From: Lama guanicoe
Taxonomy: Eukaryota
Length of the DNA stretch: 64,000 nt
Direction of reading: 5' to 3'
Assembly: GCA_013239625.1 (NCBI GenBank)
Contig: MU053652.1
Span: 7,959,027-8,023,026 of the forward strand
The translations under genes were made by a program, and so were the position numbers. The notes under the pieces were generated by a model, which was not told the origin of the DNA, searched no databases, and saw nothing but the letters and a program-made list of their open reading frames with translations. Positions 28,670-41,873 of this stretch are shown in pieces (the first letter of the stretch is position 1; the number at the start of each line of letters is the position of its first letter).

Positions 28670-29900
28670 CAGATATTTATTGTGGAATAAAAATAAAATA
28701 ACAATAAAAGTTCCTGCCTTTATGGAGTATGCATTCTAGTGAGAAAGAGAGAGACACTAAATAAAACAAATTAGAAAAATATATATTAAATGGTGATGTG
28801 TACTGAGGACAACAATTAAGCAGAAAAGGAGATATAAGGGCTTACAGGCTGTGAGACGGAAGTTCATTTTGAAATAGGATGATGAGGCCTACCCAAGGTG
28901 TCATTTGAGGAATTCAGGGAGTTAACCCTGTAGATAGCAAAGTGTGTTTGTTTAGGTGTAAAGAACAGCAGTTGTGCATGATTGGGACATTGTGCTGTAC
29001 ACCAGAGATTGACACATTGTAATTGACTGCACTTCAGTTAAAAAAAAAACAAAAAACAAAAAACAGCAAGTACAAAGTCCCTGAGGTTGAGGAACAATGC
29101 CATGGTCAGTAGGGCTGAAGCAAGGGAGGAATGAAAAGAGGAATAAGAAATGTAGTATGAAAGATAGTAGGTGGCCCCTAGTAAGGCTTTGGAGGCCATG
29201 AAAGTGATGGGAAGCCACTAGAAGGTTCTTAGCAGAGGAGTGGCAGTGATCCAAGCTAGAGGTGATGGAGGTTTGAATCAGGTTGGTAGCACCAGTGAGA
29301 AGTGGTTAGATACTAATTACACTTTGAATGTGGAGATCATTATGTTTGCTAATGGACTGAATATGAGGTTTGGGAAAAAAGAATTGATGGATGACTGAAA
29401 TTTTTGACCTAAACAACTAAAAAGAGTGAAATTTTCATTAACAGAGGGGGAAAGATGTAGGAGGAGCAAGTTGAAAGATTAGGAATTTGGTTCTATACAT
29501 ATTAAATTTGAGTTACTTATTAAAAATTCAAAAGTTAGTGTTGAGTAGGCATTTGGTTATTGAGTGTGAAATTCAGGGGAGAGATCCGAACTATTAATAT
29601 AAATTTGCATGTCATTAAGATATACATGATATTTAAAGTTATGGAACTGGATGAGATCATCCAAGCAGTGGATATAAACGGAGAAGAGGTCTAATGAGTT
29701 TGGAGAGCTGGAGAGTGTGGGATCTCAGAAGTCAGATGAAGAAGTGTTTGACAAGGGATGGAGTGATCATTTGGGTCGGATGAGTGTGAGGGGTCATGAA
29801 AATGAGAAAGGGGAATTGAGCTTTAGCTTTAGAAACAGTAGATCCTTGGTGACAAGAAAGAGCAATGTCAGTGGGTTCAAAAGAGAATAGGAGGATAGAA
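28670..29900 (-). mobile_element. L2 fragment carrying a nested short L1 3' end (28971-29058, +)
   Basis: Antisense L2 motifs; nested gctgtacaccagagattgacacattgtaa...poly-A with aacagca duplication. Confidence 0.7.
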
Positions 29901-30368
29901 AAGGAGATCAGGTATGGGGACTGCCTACTCTGTTTCCTTTACGGCTTAGTACTGATGCAGTTCCCACCTGTCACTGAATTGTAACTGGGATTGGTAGCTG
30001 AACAGTAATGTCAGTTATACTTTATACAACTTTTCTTTAAGGACAGTCATTGAAGGAGCCTTTGTTGGATTTGCAATCTGTGAGTCTGAAATTCAGAGAC
30101 CAACTCAGGTGTGATTTTACACATAAACACAGGTTGAAACTGGTTACCTAGATACTAAAAGACTAGAACCCAAGTCTTCTGAGTCCTGTTCTCTTCTTTA
30201 GCTCAGTCACACTCTTTAGATGGAGTTCGTTAGAGTCATTTTAAACCATTTTAGTAACTAGATTCCTCCAGGAATCAAATGGCTTCAGTTTCAGAAGTTG
30301 AATCATTGGAGAAATTACCTTAAAACTATGTAATATCATTTTATTTATCTGTTTTAATTGTTTGTCTT

Positions 30369-33300
30369 TTTTTAAATTAAAGTATAGTCAGTTTACAGTG
30401 TGTCAGTTTCTGGTGTACAGCATAATGTTTCAGTCATACATATGTATATACATATTATTTCTTTTTGTATAGTTCCTTGTGATATACAAAAGAAATTTGT
30501 TGTTTATCTATTTTATATATACTAGTTAATATTTGCAAATCTTGAACTCCCAATTTATCCCTTCCTACCCCCTTTTCTCTCTGGTAATCGTAAGATTGTT
30601 TACTATGTCTGTGAATCTGTTTCTGTTTTGTAGATAAGTTCATTAGTGTCTTTTTCTTTTAGAATTCACATTTGGGTGATATCATACGGTATTTTTCTTT
30701 CTCTTTCTGGCTTACTTCACTCAGAATGATGATCTCCAGGTCTATCCATGTTGCTGCATATGGAATTAGTTTATTATTTTTTATAGCTGAGTCGTATTCC
30801 ATTGTATAAATATACCACAGCTTCTTTATCCAGTCATCTATCGATGGATGTTCAGATTGTTTCCATGTCTTGTCTATTGTAAATAGTGCTGCTGTGAACA
30901 TTGGGGTGCATATTATCTTTTCCAATTAGAGTTCCCTTTGGCTATATGCCCAGGAGTAGGATTGCTGGATCATATGGTAAATCTATTTTTGTTTTTTTGG
31001 AGGAATCTCCATACTGTTTTCCGTAATGGCTGCACCAAATTGCATTCCCATGAGCAGTGTAGGAGGGTTCTCTTTTCTCCACACCCTCTCCAGCATTTAT
31101 CGTTTGTGGACTTTTGAATGATGGCCATTCTGAGTGGTGTGAGGTGGTACCTCATTGTAGTTTTGATTTGCATTTCTCTGATAATTAGCGATATTGAGCA
31201 TTTTTCATGTGCCTGTTGGCCATTTTACGTCTTCATTGGAGAATTGCTTGTTTAGGTCTTCTGCCCATTTTTTAATTGGGTTGTTTGTTTTTTTGTTATT
31301 AAGCTGTATGAGCTGTTTATATATTCTGCAAATTAAACCTTTGTCAATTGCATCATTTGTAAATATTCTGTAGGTTGTCATTTTGTTTTGCTTATAATTT
31401 CCTTTGCTGTGCAAAAGCTTATGTTTAATTGGGTTCCATTTGTTTATTTTTGCTTTTATTTCTATTGCCTGAGCAGATTGCCCTAGGAGAACATTGCTAA
31501 GATTTATGTGAGAAAATGTTTTTGCCTATGTTTTCTTCTAGGAGGTTTATAGTGTCTTGCCTTATATTTAAGTCTTTAAGCCATTTTGAGTTTATTTTTG
31601 TGTGAGGTATGAGGGAGTGTTCTAACTTCATTGATTTACATGCTGCTATACAGTTTTTCCAATAACATTTGCTGAAGAGACTGTCTTTTCTCCATTGAAT
31701 ATTCTTGCCTCCTTTGCTGAAGATTTAATTGGCCATAAGTTTGTGGGTTTATTTCTGGGCTCTCTATTCTGTTCCATTGTTCCATATGTCTGTTTTTGTG
31801 CCAATACCACACTGTTTTGGTTACTGTGGCTCCATAGTATTGTCTGAAGTCTGGGAGGATTATTCCTCCACTTCCATTCTTTTTCTTCAGTATTGCTTTG
31901 GCAATTCTGGGTCTTTTGTGATTCTATGTAAATTTTAGAATTTTTTGTTCTAGTTCTGTGGAAAATGTTACGGGTAACTTGATAGGGATCTCATTAAACC
32001 TGTAGATTGCTTTGGGTAGTATGGCCACTTTAACAATAATAATTCTTCCAATCCAAGAGTATGGGATGTCTTTCCATTTCTTTAAGTCATCTTTAATTTC
32101 CTTAATCAATGTTTTGTACTTCTCTGTATATAAGTCTTTCACCTCTTTGGTCAGATTTATTCCTAAATGTTTTGGGGTTTTTTTTTTTTGATACGATTTT
32201 AAAAGAGATTGTTTCTTTACTTTCTTTTTCTGATATTTCGTTGTTAGTGTAGAGAAATGCAACTGATTTCTGTATGTAAATCTTGTATCCTGCTACCTTG
32301 CTGAATTTTTTTTATCAGCTCCAGTAGTTTTTGTGTGGAGCCTTTAGGGTTTTCTTTATACAGTATCATGTCATCCTCATATAATGACAGTTTTACCTCT
32401 TCTCTTCCAATCTAGACCCTTTTATTTCTTTTTCTTGCCTGATTGCTGTGGCTAGAACTTCCAGTACTTCGGGGTTTTTTGTTGTTGTTTGTTTGTTTTT
32501 AACGTTTTTTATTGATTTATAATCATTATACTTTGTTGAATAGAAGTGGTGAGAGTGGGCATCCTTGTCTTTTTCCAGATTTTAGTGGGGAGGCTTTCAA
32601 CTTTTCATTGTTGAGTATTATGCTGGTTGTGGGTTTGTCATAAATAGTTTTTATTTTGTTGAAATATGTTCCTTCTATACCCATTTTGGTAAGAATTTTT
32701 ATCATAAACGAATTTTGAATTGTATCAAATGCTTTTTCTGCATCTACAGAGATGATCATTTTTATCCTTTTTTTTTGTTGTTGATGTGGTGTGTCACGTT
32801 GATTGATTTGCGTGTATTGAACCATCCTTGTGTCCCTGCAGTGAATCCAAATTGGTCATAGTGTATGATCTTTTTTATCTGCTGTTGGATTCTGTTTGCT
32901 AATTGTTGAGGATTTTTACATGTATGTTCATCAACTGTATTGGCCCATAATTTTCTTTTTTGATAGGTCTTTGGTTTTGGTATCAGGGTGATGATGGCTT
33001 CATAGAATGAGTTTGGGAGTATTCCCTCCCCTTCAATCTTTTGGAAGAGTTTGAGAAGGATCAGTATGAGATCTTTCTTGTATGTTTGGTTGAGTTCCCC
33101 AGTGAAGCCATCTGGTCCTGGACTTTTGTTTGCAGGAGGTTTTTCATTGCTGGTTCTATTTAACTTCTAGTGATCTGTCTGTTCAAATGATCTGTTTCTT
33201 CCTGATTCAGTTTTGGTGGACTGTATGTTTCTAGAAACTTGTCCATTTCATCTAGGTTGTCTAATTTGTTGCCATATAGTTGTTCATCATAGTATTTTCT

Positions 33301-36300
33301 TATGATTTTTTGTATTTCTGTGATGTTGGTTGTAATTTCTCCATTCTCCTTTCTTATTTTACTTACTTGTATCCCCTCTCTTTTCTTCTTGGAGAGCCAG
33401 GCTAGAGATATGTCAATTTTGTTTCCTCTTTCAAAAAATCAGCTCGTGGTTTGATGGTTTGACTTTTTTTCTGTTTTTGTAGTCTCTGTTTTATTTATTT
33501 CCTCCCTGATCTTTATTATTTATTTTTTTCTGCTAACTTCAGGTTTTGTTTGTTCTTTTTCTAATTGTTTTAGGTGGTAGCTTAGGTTGTTTATTTGGGA
33601 TTGCTCTTGTTTTTTGAGGAAGGCCTACATCACTGTGAACTTCCCTCTTAGGACTGCTTTTGCTGTATCCCATAGATTGTAGATTGTTTTGTTTTCATTG
33701 TCACTTGCCTTGAGGTATTTTTTAATTTCTTCTTTGATTTTATTGTTGACCCTTTGGTTTTTTTTAGTAGCATGTTGTTTAGTCTCCATGCAGTCATTTT
33801 TTTCTCGTTTGTTTTTATGTGGTTGATTTCTAGTTTCATGGCATTATGGTCAGAAAAGATGCTTGAAATAATTTCTGTCCTCTTAAATTTGTTGTGGCTT
33901 CTTTTGTGTCCAAGTATGTGGTCTATCCTAGAGAATGTTCTGTGCACACTTGAAAAGAATGTATATTCTGTTTTCAGGGGGTACATGTAATGTCCTAAAA
34001 ATATCAACTGTTCTATTGTGTCATTTAGTATCTCCATTGCCTTATTGATTTTCTGTCTGGAAGATCTGTCCAATGATGTTAATGGGGTGTTAGTCTCCTG
34101 CTCTTATTGTGTTCCCATCAATCTCTCCCTTTATGTCTGTTAGTATTTGTTTTATATATTTAGGTGCTTTTATATTGTGTGCATATATGTTAACAAGTGT
34201 AATATCCACTTCTTGTGTTGCTCCTTTGATCATTATGTAATGTCCTTTATGACCTCTATTTTAAAGTCTATTTTTTCTGCTACGAGTATTGCTACTCCTG
34301 CTTTCTTGTAATTTCCATTTGCATGAAATATCCTTTTCCCCTCCTTTCACTTTCGATATATGTGTGTCCTTCACCCTAAAGTGGGTCTCTTGTCAGCAGC
34401 ATATTGTAGGCTCTTGTTTTATTATCCAGTCCTGTCACTCTGCATCTTTTGATTGGAGCATTTAGTCCATAGACATTAACAATAATTATTGATAGATGCT
34501 CATTTATTGCCATTTTGAACTTCGTTTTCAAGTTGATTTGGTATTTCTTCTTTGTTCCTTTCTCTTTTTTTTTTTGTAGTTTGATAATTTTCTTTTGTAT
34601 TAGTGTCATTTCTTTTTGGTTTTTGTGACCATTGTATGTTTTTTATTTGTGGTTACCCAGTTTTTCAAATGTGTTACCTCATTACTATATCTGTTTGCTT
34701 TAGGCTGGTAGTCATATAGGCTCAAACACATCCTATGAAGAAAAGAAAATCTGCATTTTCTTGCTCCCCTTTCTCACCTTTTATGATTTTGATGTTCTCT
34801 TTTATATCTTCATGTTTATTCTATTGCATCTCATTGTAGTTATCACGTTTCCAATTATGATTTTTTCTTTTCTATAGCTTCCTACTTCTTTTCTATTTGG
34901 GGTAGACTTTTCAGTATTTCTTTTAGAATAGGTTTTGTATTGCTGAATTATTTTAGTTTTTGCTGTCTGTGAAATTCTTTGTCTCTCCTATTTTAAAGGA
35001 AAGCCTTGCTGGATAGAGTATTCTAGGTTGCAGCTTTTTCTCATTCAGGAGTTAAATCTTGCCACTCCCTTTTGGCCAGCAGTGTGTGGGTAGAGAAATC
35101 AGCTGAAAGCCTTATGAGGGTTCCCTTGTAATTAACTCTTTGTTTTTCTCTTGCTGCCTTTAGAATCCTTTCTTTATCTTTAACTTTGGCCATCTTATTT
35201 ATAATATGTTTTGGTGTAGGTCTGTTTCAGTTCTTCTTGTTTGGGACCCTCTGTGCTTCCTGTACTTGGATATCTGTTTCCTTCTCTGGGTTTGGGAAAT
35301 TTTCAATCATGATTTCTTCAAATATCTTTTCAATCCCCTTTTCTCTTTCTTCTCCTTCTGGGACCTCTAATATACATAGATTGGAATGCTTTATGTCAAC
35401 CTATAGGTCCCTTATATTGCTTTCATTAGTTTTCATCTTCTGTCTGCTGTTCTGATTGGGTGATTTCTGTTATCTTGTCTTGTAAGTCACTTGTTCGTTC
35501 CTCTGCATTATCTAGTCTGTTTTTGACTGCCTTTAGCTTGGCTTTTACCTCAGCAATTGAATTTTCTGATTTTCATTGGCTCCTCTTTATAGTTTCTATT
35601 TCCTTTTTATAATATTTTGCATTTCTGTTCATGGTCTCTCTTATTTCCTTAAGTGCTTTTATCACCCCCTCTTTGAAGCTGACTCTATGGATCTGTGGGT
35701 ATCAGTTATATACGGTGTTCTTGAAGGGCTGTATTTTTGTTTGCCTGTTTGTTTGTTTGTTTTGAAGTGGGAGTGTTCCTGTGTAGACCGTGAGCGTCTC
35801 ATAATTTTGTCAGGAGGCTATTTTTAGTATGGATGGTTGCCACGTCTTTCTTCCATGTGTGTTGGCTGTTACCCTTTGATTGCGGATGTGGTCGGTATTG
35901 TGGTGATTAGAGCCTGTCCTCGTTATTGAGTGGTGCCTCCTTTTTATTCTGTGGTTGTCACAGTCTTGACAGGGGTTGAATCTGTTCTCCCGTTGTTGGA
36001 ATAGAGGCTTCCAGACCCATTTCTGAGCTGTGGTGTGTGGTATGCAGGTTGGAGCACTTCAGCTAAAAGAGGAGCCACCAAGTAGTCCTCCTCAGGAGAT
36101 GTCCACTGGACAATGCCCTCTGTGGTGTTGTCTGTCACTTGTTATGCAGGCTTACAACATATGCTTTGTTGACACTGCCCTTGTACCTGCCTCAGCCGTG
36201 GGAATGTCGGCCACCCACTCTAGTGTCCCCAGGTTCTGCACCAGTAGAGCCAGTGCAGATCTGCCGATATCAGGCACTGGGACCTGCCAGCGTGCACATG

Positions 36301-37219
36301 CGGTCACGCATCGGTCTGCCGTGCACAGAGCCAGCACAGCCCGCAGCCCCGTCCGTGCACAGCACACAGACCTGCTGTCGATGCCAAACCCGTGCCGCCA
36401 TGCGCTGGAACTCTGCTTGTTCGTCCTAGAGGCATGGATCCGCAAAGATGCCAGTGGAGCAAGTCTGCCACTGCTGCCTGGGACTAGAATCAAATCTAGT
36501 CCTACTTGTGAAATTATGGGGCCCCTAGGTACGGATTCAGGTTTCAGCCGCACCTCCACCTGGGAGCCACGCACCAGTGAATGTATCCCTCTGGAGCTAG
36601 CCAAGAAGATGGCTAAGTCTGAGCCCTACCTGCCTTCTCTGGAGAACACCTGCCAGCAGTGGTGCTTTTTTATGGGGGTCCCAGTATGTTGCACACACTC
36701 CCAGCCACAGCCTGTACTGCACTCCAGGCCCCTGTAGCTGCCTCTGTGTGATCAGCTCCCATCCTCTCCCCTGGCTCTTCTATGAAAGACAGAGCTCCAG
36801 CAGCCAGCCCTGGTCCACCCCTGCCAGCTCACACATTGGGCTAGGGGTCATGGGGGCCAGCTGTGCTGGTGTATCTCAGTTCTTTCTGCCAAGCAGCTGC
36901 TGCCTTCTCCTCTGAACCTCAGAAGCTCCCTCTCTGTTCCCTCCGACCTCCCCGCTGGAGAGGGGGCATCCCAGAGTGAGAGTACCTTTGCTGCTCCTCC
37001 CTGTAGGACACAGGTCCTGCACCAATTTCCTTTTCCTTTTTTTTTTTTTTCTTCTACTTGTTTTTGTGAGAAATCTTGTATTCCTGAAGCAAGAGATACT
37101 CTGCCAAAGCTCAGTGGGTATCCCATGCAAACTGATTAGTCCATAGTTGTAATTCTTGGTGTATTTGTGGGAGAGGATGAGTTATGCATCCTTCTACTCC
37201 AGCATCTTGGCAATCCCCC
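30369..37219 (-). mobile_element. Near-full-length decayed LINE-1 in WASL intron 10
   Basis: Many frameshifted ORF2 fragments (EN start MAINEHLSII at 34513; [14 protein letters not shown]-terminal [16 protein letters not shown]), ORF1 remnants ~34900-35650, GC-rich 5'UTR ~35900-37219, poly-T at left end, TSD taattg(tttg)tctt / taattgtctt. Confidence 0.95.
32470..32528 (-). mobile_element. Tiny 5'-truncated retroelement nested in L1 ORF2
   Basis: (GTT/GTTT)n tail plus tttattgatttataatcatt (AATAAA on -), flanked by tactt duplication (32465-32469, 32529-32533). Confidence 0.7.
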
Positions 37220-37245
37220 TAATTGTCTTAATGATTTTCTTCTAG

Positions 37246-37307
37246 ATGAAGATGAGGATGAAGATGATGAAGAAGATTTTGAGGATGATGATGAATGGGA
37301 AGACTGA
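37246..37307 (+). CDS. WASL: N-WASP exon 11 coding part (acidic tail, stop)
   Basis: ttctag|ATGAA...GAC TGA; DEDEDEDDEEDFEDDDEWED*. Exons 2-11 total 1401 nt = 466 codons plus stop, frame intact. Confidence 0.97.
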
Positions 37308-39870
37308 TCTATATATTATATATATATTTTTAAGGTGAAATACTAAACACTACTTTCTGTCTATGGATTCTGTAAAATTATCATGTAAATGTTCTACCAA
37401 TTTGCTGTATATTTTTGTTGCCTTTTTTGCTTTTTTTATTAATCTGTGCAATACCTCATTTAATCTGTAAAGGTTTGTCATAATTCTCTGCAAAGCTACT
37501 CCCTGTTACTGTGTGCACGTTTACACCAGGATGCTCACTTAATTTGTGAATATTTTTCATTCCATCAACAAGGGAGTTTAAATATTATATGTGAGACTGA
37601 CAAAAACCTTAATGTAATTTAGTTATAATGCCAGAAGGAAAACACTATTTTCATACCCTACTTTTTCTGAACCTAAATTTTCTTATTAAAATCTAGTATA
37701 GCACTACATTCTTTTTTAAGTGATGCAAACCTTAGTTTATTTAGCCCCTTCATTTTGAACACATGCTACATGAGTGTTGAAGCTGATACATTGCACAGTT
37801 TTTTAGACATCACTACACTGATGCAATTCTCAAATTTTAGCAATATGTTCTACATAAAATCACTACAGTGATGCTAGTTGCGAAAAAGAGTAACACACCT
37901 CTTACAGCAATATTGCCTCTTACGGTACAGAAGTGGTATTTGGAGGCTGGAATTATTAGGAGCCCTTGCGTACCTATACTTGACTGAGGTTATTTTTATG
38001 CTATAGCAAATGTGGCAGGCTCTTTTTGGCAGAAATTTAAAAAATGTTTTTGGTTATTATTATGAAACAAAAGCTAATTTGTTGAAGTTTGGGGATCTTA
38101 GGGATAATTTTATTCTACATGAACTAAAGAAGGCTGTACATTATGGTTACTTAAATATTTGGTTAATATACTATACAATCAGAACATTATAAAAATGATG
38201 TGGAATTAGCATTTTTATTTTACAGTTATTGATTGAGGTATTCAGGGAGCCCAACCATAGAAATCTTACCTAGTTGGCAAAGGTATGTGCACTGTAATGC
38301 TGACTCTATTATGCTATTTTTTTTTAATTTTGATAATTTCTCAAGGTTTTTGTCAAATGTTAGGTGAAGGGTTACATTTTTCTTAGAAGATTGGTGGTCC
38401 CAATGTCAAATTTCTTGGAACACATAATTGAGTGACAGATTTTTAAAAAAAGATAAACTTTACAACCTGCACATTTGTTATGTATGCTAAATGATGTGTT
38501 AAAATTAGGGTTTCCTTGCCTCTCTCCAGTACACTAGTCTGCCTAAAGGTGGTCGATTCATATTTATAGCATTATGTCATACCTACCTACTTTAAATTTT
38601 AGGTAGAAAAATGATCTGATTTAAATACAGACACATATTTTTCTCACATTGAGTCATATGCAGAATGTAGTTCCAAGTGTATTTCATTACTGTAGTCACA
38701 ATATCCAACTAAAAATTAAGCTCTCTATAATTGTACCGACCAAAATCTAGTATTGGCATGATCTTGACAGGCTGGACCTGCAAGATGTAGCTTGAATTTT
38801 AACCAGTTATCACATTATCTCTAGTGATCATGCATCTAGTTATCATAAGAAATAATTTAAAAGGTTCTGTTGCTGAAAGCAGTAAGTGGTACAGTAAAAT
38901 AGTTCTAAGTTATTCAAAGAATGTTACCTTCCTTGCAGGAGTAATTTAAGCACATGGAAAAGATTCTAGACTTTTTGCTTCTTGCAAAAACAGTGCCCTC
39001 TGCTGCTGGAAACCTTTTTCTGCTTACTCTCATTTTTATTGTGGCTTGAAGTTCTGTGGGTCTGGTGTGGATGAGGCTGGACAACTACTAACCAATAAAA
39101 TTAGGAATTTGTGCAAATGGTAAATAGAACATTATAGCTCTTTTAAGTAATGTTAAACATCTTCCTTTTTTTTTCTTTTAGACATAATTTTTTTTTAATC
39201 TCTTAGAAATATCTTTAAAGTAATGCCAATTTAAGCTCTCTCTTAACTTTTGGGCAAGGAATTCAGGATTTTCGAGCTAACTTTAGTGTGATAAAGATTT
39301 ATCAGGAGCTGCTCTGAGCAGAGAATATCAGTTCTTCAAATTAGAAACACAAGTTGAAACATGTAAGATGAGTATAATATTTGCCAATGATAATTGAGTT
39401 TATTCTTTTCTTAAAGAAAAAAAAAAAAGACTTTTTGTTGTTGTTGCACAAAGTCTAATTACTGTTGGTTGAAACAGCAGCTGTGGAATTCAGTCCAGGC
39501 ATGAAGACTGACTCCACTTGAGATGTGCAGGTTGCACGTTTTCAGCCCTCCACCGCCTTGCACTGTGACAGCACTGTACATGTGCGTTGTCTGAAGCCTC
39601 CCACCTATGCTCCAGCTAAATGGTTGTCTGGTAGCCTTCGCACTTAACAAACTAGCATGAGGCTTTTTATATCTAAATGCTACGTGATAGACAATTTCAG
39701 CTAGCCACATATTGTATGTATGAGATTCATAAAGACTTTCAATCATTCATTTCCATTTATCAACTGAAATTTTGTTTAGTATGTGAAAAATTTTTTGAAA
39801 TGTATAGTGAATAGGATGTTGCACTGGTGGCAATTCATCATGAAGCATAATAAAATTAATTTGACCCAAA
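37308..39870 (+). other. WASL: WASL 3'UTR (~2.56 kb)
   Basis: AT-rich stretch with no recognised repeats after the stop codon, ending at AATAAA 39849-39854 followed by a GT/T-rich tract. Confidence 0.8.
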
Positions 39871-39910
39871 TAGTATAAAGTAGTGTGGTTTTTGTTTGTT
39901 TATTGTTGAG
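39849..39910 (+). terminator. WASL distal polyadenylation signal and downstream GU-rich element
   Basis: AATAAA at 39849-39854 then gtgtggtttttgtttgtt; a proximal AATAAA also occurs at 39094-39099. Confidence 0.75.
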
Positions 39911-41700
39911 ATTAAAATGGGTAAAAAAAAGATATTGAACTGTAGAGTATAGAAACAGGTTCACAGCAGTGAACGGTTATGGTCAGAGTTTTCAGCTCAC
40001 CACCTGCCCTGAGAGTCGGAGTGTGCCGTTAAACAAACATGATGAGCAGAAGAATGTTACACCCTGCTCTGCTGGGAAACGTGGCAGCTGCTCGGCTGTC
40101 CTTCTGGGAGTCACTGCTGCGTATGCGGAGCATTCACATTGCAAGGTCAAACTGGAACTCACACACCAAAAATGTTGCAGTTTCCTAAATCAGAATGAAA
40201 CTGGAGTTCACTGGTAGTTTCAGTCAAAGCCAAGCATAGCAGCAGTTCATGTGGAGCAGAAATAGCTGTTAATAAACGGTGTCAGAGATGGTGCTTTTTA
40301 AACAGGAAGCTCAGTTTTTGATAAACAGAATTTTCTGTTCTATTGACCCTGGCATAAGTGGGTGTCTGAAGATTAAACTGAGTTATGGAATCCAGTGTGT
40401 AGGATGCTGCAAAATGCCTTCTAAGAGCTTTAGTCGAATTTCAAGAACATTTCAAGAATAATATGCCCTATTAAAAATTTGTTTCTGTTGTACACATGTG
40501 AACACTTAAGAATGTATTAACCATACTTAAAAAAAATGTAAGTGCCTCAGAATTGCTTTTGTCACATATTTACTTAATCAATGAAGAAATTCCTGAAATA
40601 AGTTACTCTGCTTTAGGAATGGAATTCTCAAAGGACGAGTATAGAGATAAGGCCTATTTATAGTACAATAGAAAATTCTTAATGGAAAAGTTGAGAAATT
40701 TTATTTTGCACACTTACCGACACTGTCACATCACATCTCCAAAACACAGCATACTCTATAATCTCCTGGTCTTTTATTCATGGATTTTTTTTTTAACTTT
40801 GCCTTTTAGTGAAGCCACTGGAAAAAGGTATAACTAGGCTGTTATGAATATGATGGAGAACTTACTTTGCAGTTAATGCTAAGACTGCCTTTTCAACCCA
40901 TTGAAAATTTGGGCTTTATATCTACATAAATCAGCCATAACTTAAAAAAATTTTTTTAAATATAGACCAGTGATGATACTAGCTATTGATACATACAGTA
41001 TTAAATTTTACACAAGTCCAGTATAAGTCTAAACTGGTCATGTGTACCCGTGTCAAGATTGACAAATCAAAATTTGAATAACACATGATTATTTTGAGCA
41101 ATATACAATAGTATCTTATAGGTAATTTTTAGTTCAGTCAGATATTTGTGTCCTAGGAGATTTCTAGTAAATTTGAAGTACTCCCTTAATTTTTTAACAA
41201 CGGCAAAAATTTCTTACACTTACCTTAGTAAAGATTGTTTTTTAAATTTTTTTCTAAGAGGAAGTCCAGTTTTAGTATCAAATTGCATTATGGAACTTGA
41301 AGTTCCAAGTTTTATATTGACATCTTCTGTCTTGAATTGGTTGGCATGTCTTGACCTAAATTCAGTTTTGACTTAGTTATTGCTAGACGTGTAAGAATTT
41401 TCATCAGGGCCTAAAAATCTAAGACTTTAAAAATCGGTATCACCTTATTTAAACAACTCTTTACTAAAATGTAACAGTGAAATAAGACATCCCCTCCCTT
41501 CTTAAACCTAAAATACTTATTTCACAACTGAAAGCCAGTTGGAGACCATTGACTTATATCAAGCCCAGTCTCATTTCCTGGGTGAGGGGGCATCCAGGGT
41601 GGTTGAGGGGCTTGCCTGATGACCATTAGAGCTAATATTAGAAGGTAGATCTCACTATTAGGTCAGTTGCTCTTTTTCATACACCTTAATAATTGTTTTA

Positions 41701-41873
41701 ATTGAAGTATAGTCAGTTTACAGCGTTGCATCAATTTCTGGTGTACAGCATAATGTTTCAGTCATCCATATACATACATATATTCCTTTTCATACTCTTT
41801 TTCATTATATCAATACAAACTATTGAGTATAGTTCCATGTACTATACAGTAGAAACTTGTTTATCTATTTCCA
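41701..41873 (-). mobile_element. 5'-truncated L1 3' end
   Basis: attgaagtatagtcagtttaca...ctggtgtacagcataatg; TSD-like taataattgtttta / taatactgtttta. Confidence 0.8.

Noticed and set aside
30455..34609. Reverse transcriptase and endonuclease ORFs as an active or domesticated gene
   Set aside because: ORF2 is broken into many short frames with stops, deletions and a nested insertion.
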